From assembly GCF_009914755.1 (NCBI RefSeq), contig NC_060936.1: 64,000 nt of DNA, one strand, 5' to 3'. Shown in pieces: positions 53,293-64,000 of the stretch (within the stretch, counting starts at the first letter, position 1; the number at the start of each line of letters is the position of its first letter). The notes under the pieces were generated by a model. That model did not search any database and had not been told where the DNA came from. It was given only the letters and a program-made list of their open reading frames with translations. The position numbers were made by a program, and so were the translations under genes. This stretch comes from the human T2T-CHM13v2.0 reference genome, Homo sapiens.

Positions 53293-54084
53293 GAATTGTC
53301 AATGAAATATAAAATTGTCAACCTGGTAACCAAAAAGGTGAAAAGAAAAATCTAAGATGTTACAGAGGTAGCAACTGCAGGGAACTCTTAATCGCCTCTA
53401 GGTCTGAGGGAACAAAAGTAAGAGGCTGGAATTCTTAAAATGTAGAAACTTAGAGGAGCAGCGGCATGAAGCTGAAACTCAGACATCTGAGGAGAAAGGT
53501 ACTGCTCAGTTGGTGGTGTTGTCTCTGAGTTTGGAGGCAGTGTCTCTTGGAGCTGGGATCTGTCTCTGAAGAGGGGTTTGGTGCTGGTGTCTCTTGGTGG
53601 GGAGGTGGGGTGCAGTCCAGTTATTTCTGCAGGTGGTAGGGAAACTGAAAACTGGATCCAACTGCTGCTATGGTGAAGCAGAGTTAATAGGGTGCCAGTA
53701 GCAAGAACCACAAGCAAACAGGAAGCTCACAGGATGAAGTGTGTCCCTCCTTCCTCTTCCCACATTTCAGTCTCCCTCTAGCCCCCCTATCATCAGAGCT
53801 TAACAGAGAGCCAGCTAGCAAAGCTGAAATGGGGTGTGGAGAGACCCAGCAAACCTCACTGATCAGTGCACGGGGGCACCTGGCTAAGGCGTGAGTGAGG
53901 GCTGTGGTTCAACCTGTGCTCTCCTTGTCAAGCGCTAAGTCCTTGTGTGGGGCTATGTCAGCCAGGAGGAAGAGGCATCTTTTTCAAATTCACACAGAGG
54001 TGTCATGTAGGCTAGCATACGCACTGATGCAAGGATCATTAATAGTCTTCCTTCCATCTTCTAAATAGCTCTGAAGAGCATGTA

Positions 54085-56395
<2,311 letters not shown>

Positions 56396-59186
56396 CTAAA
56401 GCAACAAGTAGAAATAAAAATTATCTAAGTTGTTCCATTTAATGAAACATAAGTGAGTAGTAATTTGATATATAGTTACAGATTTCCAAAGAGGGTGAAA
56501 AAGAATAAATTGGAATCTGTAATAGCAATATTGTGGAATAGATTTGCAAATAAGAATCAATGAAACATCTTTTTATATAGAAAATATTTGAAAAAGATAA
56601 TTTATTTGACAGAGAAACAAAATGGCGAAAAAATGCTGAGAATTTTTTTCACTCTTTTTCTTACTTAGATACATGGAAACAGCCAGGTAACAAAAAAGTA
56701 CTCTGTATAATGCTTCGATGAGATATGCTAACCATTTTCTATGAGAAAAGAAGAAACACTTTTGGTCAGAAAATGGGTTCAGATGAAATTTTGTTCTGCT
56801 CACCTTTAGAATTAATAGTGTGGTTGGCTTCCTGCAATGTTTTTATGAAAGGAAATTAAATCTTAGGCTCAGCCTCATTTTGGTTCTTGATGCCTTGTTT
56901 TGTTTGCCCAGGGAAGCTCTCCCTGTCCCCTACTCTAAGTGAGGGTCCACTCTCTGAGACTGTTCTTTTTTTCAGAACATGAACCTCAGTTCATAATTCT
57001 GCCTCCGCTAATGTGATCATTTGATTCATACCTGAGTACCTCATTTGCCTATCAGCTCCATAAGTGTGTGAGCTGTGCCTGTTCATGCTCACCATACGTG
57101 GTATCCCTAGAGCCTAACCCAGTCGCTGAAACATCGTAGGCACTCCATAAGTATTTGTGAATCAATACATAAATGGATGAATTAAAAATTTAAAAGTAAA
57201 TAATTGGAATGGATTATGGAGACAGTAGAAAAAACTTAGTTAACTTTTTAGGTACTGTGAGAGAATATCTTTAAAATGTTTCTTGTGGATTTAGCAGAAG
57301 ATAAAAGGGCAATAAATTTAAGGGGAACTGCATATGAGAAAGAATATGAAAAACTACCAATCTTCCAGAAAAAAAAAATCTGGTAATTTCCTTACATAGA
57401 GTAAAAGAGTTTTAGTACTTTCTATTCTGAGTTCTATTTGAATATTTTTCTCTTTTTATATGGTATAAGAGGGCTGTTTTCTTGAGTAAAATATTTTATT
57501 AACCTAATATCGTTGGTTAATCAAATGTCTTCATAGTGTAAGATTTGAAATAGAAAGCCACGTTGAGTCTTTCAATACATAGAGAAGCTAGATTACAAGA
57601 GAAAGAGGCTTTGCCTCACTTTTTTCTTTTTTTTAACCTCCTTGTAGTTTTCTGGGCTGTCTTTACAGATTTTTGGTTCATAGATTTTCTAAGTAAGATT
57701 TTTGACATATTATATATCTTTTATTCAATACTTCTAATAAGAAGAAAAAGATACCCTTTCCTCACCGTCTTACAACTTTGAAAAAAATACTGTAAGATTT
57801 CCACTGTGGTGTGAAAAGTTTTATTCACTCTAGAAAACTGGGTCATCTTCTTTTCAGAACCTTTTTTTCTAAATCTGAGAACAGATTTAAGGAAAGCAAA
57901 GCAGAAAGTTTTCAATAATCCAGTGGGAATTCCTCTTAGAAGCAAGAGAGCTAGAGAAGATGATTGCACAGACTTAGCAAGGTTAAAACGGGTATTTCTA
58001 ATACGTGAAAAATGTGTGAGTTAGAAGGTTAACAGTTGATTCGACAAGTGGCAGAAATGGGTTTTTTTCAGTTCTGTTGGGGAACAAAAATCAGACGACA
58101 TCCCTCAAATCTGTACATTTTAAACATATCAAATTATTAGTTTCCTGTTGTACTGTATTTTGGCTCTTAGGTTTATGATTCTTAGTATGAGAGAGGAAGG
58201 ATAATCTTCAACATAGTTAAAAAAAGAAAAAAAAGGAGGAACACGCAAATATTTTGCTTAAGCCTGAGATGAGATTGGAAGAAACCAACAAGTCCGTTTG
58301 AGGATAAATAAAGTCACACTTGAAGAAGGGCAAAAATCAGAAGTGACCTAATAAAATCTCCCTAATAACAGTAATGGTAAGGTGATATTATATATAACTT
58401 TTCTCTCTGGCTCCTGGAAAATTTATCCAATCTAAGTAGTTATCTATCTTGCCTCACAAATAATCCCTTAAAACTTTTTATTTCTGTTACTTGCTAGATT
58501 CAAAAAACATAATTAAAAATTATTTTATCTGTAAAATATCTACCTCAGTTCTCAAATTTAGTATAATGAGTTGTTTTAAAAGTCAGATTACATAAGACAA
58601 ACCAACACTACACTACTTCTCCACAACTAATGTACGATAAAAATGAGAACAAATGATTAAAATATATAAGCTGATAAATGCAAAATTGTTTAAAATACCT
58701 TTTATATCTTATGATATCTAAGGCAATGGGTTAAAATAGCTCTTCCTTGATAACTTTGAGATTAATGAAAATTGTGATTATATTTAATTAGAGGAATTCA
58801 GTATATTTCTTCATTTTCCTTAGAGATTTCCATGGAAAGAAAATAAATTTCCACGATCATAAATTTATGTTTTTATTAAAATTCTTAATTTCTTTTTATT
58901 TATAAATCACAAATGTTCTTGGAGACAATTTAGAAGATCTAGATTTAAAAAAAAAAAAAAAGAAGAAGAAAATAAAAACCACTCATCATTTCATCACCCA
59001 AAATAACACTGGGAGCATTCTGGTATCTATCTGTTTAGACTTTTCTTTTGCCTTCTTCTATAATACATATTGTTTCAATAAAAATTAAATCATAATGTAC
59101 ATTATTTTATGTAACCTGCTTTTTCCACTTAAACACATATTGAAAATAAATTTGTATTTTACTTTTTAAAATTAAATAATATTTAA

Positions 59187-59552
<366 letters not shown>

Positions 59553-60730
59553 TGAAGATACTTATTACATATGTTATTTATATAAACAGCATTAAAAATC
59601 ACGAACAGTTTTTTTCACTAAATTTATGGGATATAAATCCTTCTGATTTTGGAGAGAAAAAGCAAGTCAGGATTAGACTTAGGTAAAATTTAATTTAGCA
59701 ACATTTATGTAGTAATTCCTGCCAAGCACTATTCTAACCCCTTTAGAAATATTAACTTATTTAATCCTAATAACTCTCAGAGATATGTATTGTTCCTATT
59801 CCTATTTTACGATGGGAAAATGAGGCACAGAGAGTTTAGGCAACTTGCTCATTGTCATTGTCATAGGTAGTAAGGGGTAGAGCTAGTCTTGCATCAGGCT
59901 CATACTCTTAACCATTCCCTTACAAGGCCTCTTTCTGTTATTTTGGGTAATCTGTGAAGTGGGGTTTGTGAAGTTAATTGGGAAGCCTGGGGAGTACCTC
60001 AGAAAGATAACTTGATAGGCATTAGGAAGGATTTTGATATTAAAGGAACCTAGAACTTCTCCGTAGATCAGGAACAGAACACTTGGCTTATTTTATTAGA
60101 ATCAAAAACAGAAAATCATATCTGAGGATTGGTATCCTTCTCTTTTCAAATCTTTTGTGATTTTCTAATGCAGCATTCCAAAATATAATGATTGTGCAGA
60201 ATGTCATTTTTAAACTTTCTTCTATCATTTTCCTGTAAAGAAAATCTACTGAATATAATTCATTTAATGAGAAAAAAATTATAAACTGCATTTACAGTGA
60301 TGTACTCTCTTAAATGTTTGCCCAAAAGTTTACTATTTAGGCTTGAATAGAGTTAATCCTAAGAAATCCTGTGCTCATATAGAAGCAACGACATAATACT
60401 GTTTGTTTTCCATCAAAGTCAGTGAATATAAAGATTAACTTAAAAGCAGCTGTCCTAAAAGCAACCTCAAAATACGCAGTTAAAACCAGCGGAAGACCTG
60501 GCCCACTGTTACAATGAAACATGCTCGGAGGAACTAAAGAAAGCTCCAAGTACAAAACTCTTTAGAAGTCTCCGGGGTTGCATGGCAGGCCTATTTACAA
60601 GAGGGATTAGTTGTTTTGAGGAAGAACAAAGGCCCCTTCTTATGCTCACTGAGGCTGCTCTTCTGTGGGAAATTTTGCTGTTACAGTTACAGGGACTGGA
60701 GTTCTCAACACTGTTTAAAACAAGCAGCAC

Positions 60731-62935
60731 TATCGAAGGAACATACCTCAAAATAGTAAGAGCCATCCATGACAGACCTGCCGCCAATATCATTCTGAGT
60801 GGGCAAAAGCCGGAAGCATTCCTCTTAAGAACTGGAACAAGACAAAAATGCCCACTCTCACCTCTCCTATTCAACATAGTACTGGAAGTCCTAGCCAGAG
60901 CAATCAAACAAGAGAAAGAAATAAAAGGCATCCAAATAGGAAAAGAAGTCAAACTATCTGTCTTCCCTGACGATATGATTCTATACCTAGAAAACCCTGA
61001 AGACTCTACCAAAAGGCTCCTGGAACTGATAAACAACTTCAGTAAAGTTGTTTGGATACAAAACCAATGTACAAAATCAGTAGCATTTTTATACACCAGT
61101 AATGTTCAAGCCAAATCAAAAATGCAATCCCATTTACAATAGCCACAAAAAATAAAATACCTAGGGATACAGCTTTAACCAAGGAGGTGAAAAATCTCTA
61201 GGAGAACTACAAAACACTGCTGAAAGAACTCAGAGATGACACAAACAAATGGAAAAACATTTCTTGCTCATGAATTGGAAGAATCAATATTGTTAAAATG
61301 GCCATATTGCCCAAATCAGTCTACAGAGTCAACACTATTCCTATCAAACTACCAACGTCATTTTTCAAAGAATTAGAAAAAAACTATTCTAAAATTCACA
61401 TGGAACCAAAAAAGATCCTGAATCGCCAAAGCAATCCTAAGCAAAAAGAACAAAGCCAGAGGCGTCACATTACCTGACTTCAAATTATTCTATAAGGCTG
61501 CAGTAACCAAAACAGCATGGCACTGGTACAAAAACAGACACACAGACCAATGGAACAGAATAGGGAACCCAGAAATAAAATCATACACCTATAACCAATT
61601 GATCTTTGACAAAGCTGACAAAAAGAAGCAATGGGGAAAGGACTCCCTTTAATAATGATGCTAGGATAACTGGCTAGTCATATGCAGAAGAATAAAACTA
61701 GATCCGTACCTGTCACCATGTATAAAAATTAAGACTGATCAAATATTTAAATGTAAGAACTCAAACTATAAAAACCCCAGAAAAAAAATCTAGGAAATAC
61801 CATTCTGGACATCAGCCTGGGCAAGGAATTTATGGCTAAGACCTCAAAAGCAATCACAAAACCAAAAATTGACAAGTGGGACCTAATTAAACTAAAGAGC
61901 TTCTGCCCAACAAAAGAAACTATCAACAGAGTAAACAGACAACCTACAGAAATGGGAGAAAGTTTTCACAAACTATGCATCAAACAAAGGTCTAATATCC
62001 AGAATCTATAAGGAACTTAAACATGTCAACAAGCAAAAAAACAACTCCATTAAAAAATGAGCAAAGGACATGAACAGACACTTCTCAAAAGAAGACATAC
62101 AGGTAGCCAACAAACATTAAAAAATGCTCATCATGACTAATCATCAGAGAAATGCAAATCAAAACCACAATAAATACCATCTCACACCAGTTGGAATGGC
62201 TATTATAAAAAGTAAAAAAATAATAGATGCTGACAAGGCTTCAGAGAAAAAGGAACACTTACACATTGCTGATAGGAATGTATTAATAAATTAGTTCAGC
62301 CGCCATGGGAAGCATTTTGGAGATTTCTCAAATAACTCAAAACAGAGCTACCATTCAACCCAGAAATCCCATTGCTGAGTATATACCCAAAGGAAAAGAA
62401 ATCGTTCTACCAAAAAGACACATGCACTTGTATGTCCATCACAGCACTATTCACAATAGCAAAGACATGAAATCAACCTAGGTGCCCATCCATGGTGGAT
62501 TGGTTAAAGAAAATGTGGTACTTATACACCATAGAATACTATGCAGCCACAAAAAGAACAAAATCATGTCCTTTGTAGCAACAAGGATGCAGCTGGAGGC
62601 CATTATTCTAAGAGAATTAACACAGGAACAGAAAACCAAATACCACATGTTCTTACTTACAAGTGGGAGCTAAATATTGGGTACACATGGATACAAACAT
62701 AAGAACAATAGACACTGGGAACTCCAAGAATGGGGAAGAAGGGAGAGGGGCAAGGACTGGAAAACTACCTATTGGGTACTATCCTCACTACCTGGGTGAA
62801 GGGGTCAGTTGTACCCCACACCTCAGCATCATGCAATATACCAGTGTAACAAGCCTGCACATGTACCCCATGAATCTAAAATCAAAGTTGAATTTTTTAA
62901 AAAGAAATAAAAATAGGTTGTGTTAAAGAAAAAAA
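60731..62935 (+). mobile_element. 5'-truncated LINE-1 (old L1PA, about PA15-16/L1PB)
   Basis: ORF2 RT fragment [22 protein letters not shown]...FPDD; 3'UTR; TSD aaaac[a/t]agcagcac at 60717 and 62936. Confidence 0.92.
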
Positions 62936-64000
62936 AAAACTAGCAGCACAACACGTAAAGTTTAATTCTGACAAGTTAATGAGCCTAGTCACTGGTGAAC
63001 CAAGAGAAAGTGAGGGATTCAACCCAGCAGTGGAACAGGGGTAGGACACAAACAGAATAAGTGACCCATATTAGCAAGGCATATTGCATTTTATCACATC
63101 ACATCATATTTTAGATCTAGTTGCCTAACTCAGAGGCAACTATAGAAAAATTAAATTTGTTAAACTGAAAAGATTATTTTGCTAGATTCCATTGCCAGTT
63201 TTGTTTAGGGGAAGATGAAACCTACCTCAGATGTATTCCCTCGTTATCACTGAAGAGGACCATTCTGGAACCTCCCTATGCTGCTAACGGGGTCATGGTG
63301 TGGTTTGAGTCTCCAGTGCACATTGGAAGATGAGGAGGAGTCTGGGTGGGACCATGAGAGGGTTTTTCTACCACTTAGCAGACAATTTCTTCCAGTCCTA
63401 GTTGCTGTCCTCAGCAATCATTGAGTTCACTAAGCGTAATTTAAAGAGCCAGACTCATTCAGTAATCTAAAAGAAAGGAAGAGACAACAAGCATCAGCCG
63501 AAAGACTCTAAAGAAATCAGACTTAAGTTTGATCAATGTAACATTATGGGTGGTTTAGTTCCACTTCTGTGGGGCTGAAAGTTTGATTACATGGCAAACA
63601 CGACAAAGAACAAGCTTGGAGAATCTGTGGAGTTGTTATTGCTTGGTTTTGTTATTTGAGGATTCTCTTTCTAAATGTAAGACAGTGAAGTGACATACTC
63701 TGAACACAGACCTAAATTTACCCTGTAAGTGGCCTCAAAACGAGAAAACTCAGTCTGAGAACTGGTGAACTGAAAACCAACATAGGAGAAGAAGGCGCTC
63801 AAGAACGCATCCAAGCAAATATTTTCAAAGACGTTTTTATTACTGTTACTTTTTCAAAAACAAAAACAAAAGGGAAGAGGATCCTTCTGTTTACTCAATC
63901 ACTCAACAAAAATTTATCGTCAGCTAACTGCCCGGAACATCAGAGGTGAGTAAGACAGGTCCCTGCCCTTATGTCCTTTAGAGTCCCTGGGGAAGCAGAC

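Noticed and set aside
60582-61142. 186-aa ORF fusing unique sequence to L1 reverse transcriptase (and the 195-aa antisense ORF)
   Set aside because: A chance open frame across the junction of a 5'-truncated L1; the RT is partial and the motif is degenerate (FPDD).

Overview
Primate, human-like genomic DNA (AluJ/S/Y, L1PA, MER2, MER58, MER85, L2, MIR), with no prokaryotic features and no CRISPR. The main feature is an unprocessed, intron-containing partial copy of PPFIBP1 (liprin-beta-1) on the + strand. It has eight exons from 24015 to 49731 covering codons 1-301 (the N-terminal coiled coil), an in-frame TGA at codon 47, and many substitutions relative to the PPFIBP1 protein as I recall it. 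I found no further PPFIBP1 exons in the remaining 14 kb. After the stop, the reading frame and splice sites are intact from an in-frame ATG pair (codons 61/62). A full-length antisense L1PA sits 1.5 kb upstream with its antisense promoter pointing at the first coding exon, so a truncated coiled-coil-only paralog is possible. That is inference, not shown expression. Beyond ~49.75 kb the sequence looks like a decayed multi-exon gene on the - strand that I could not identify. Other highlights are a 38-nt tailless tRNA-Ile 5'-half retrocopy with an 18-bp TSD and G at wobble position 34 (a possible inosine fossil), a MER85 next to a perfect CTCF motif, and several hairpin or templated-insertion scars. 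Repeat boundaries and subfamily calls are by eye and approximate.
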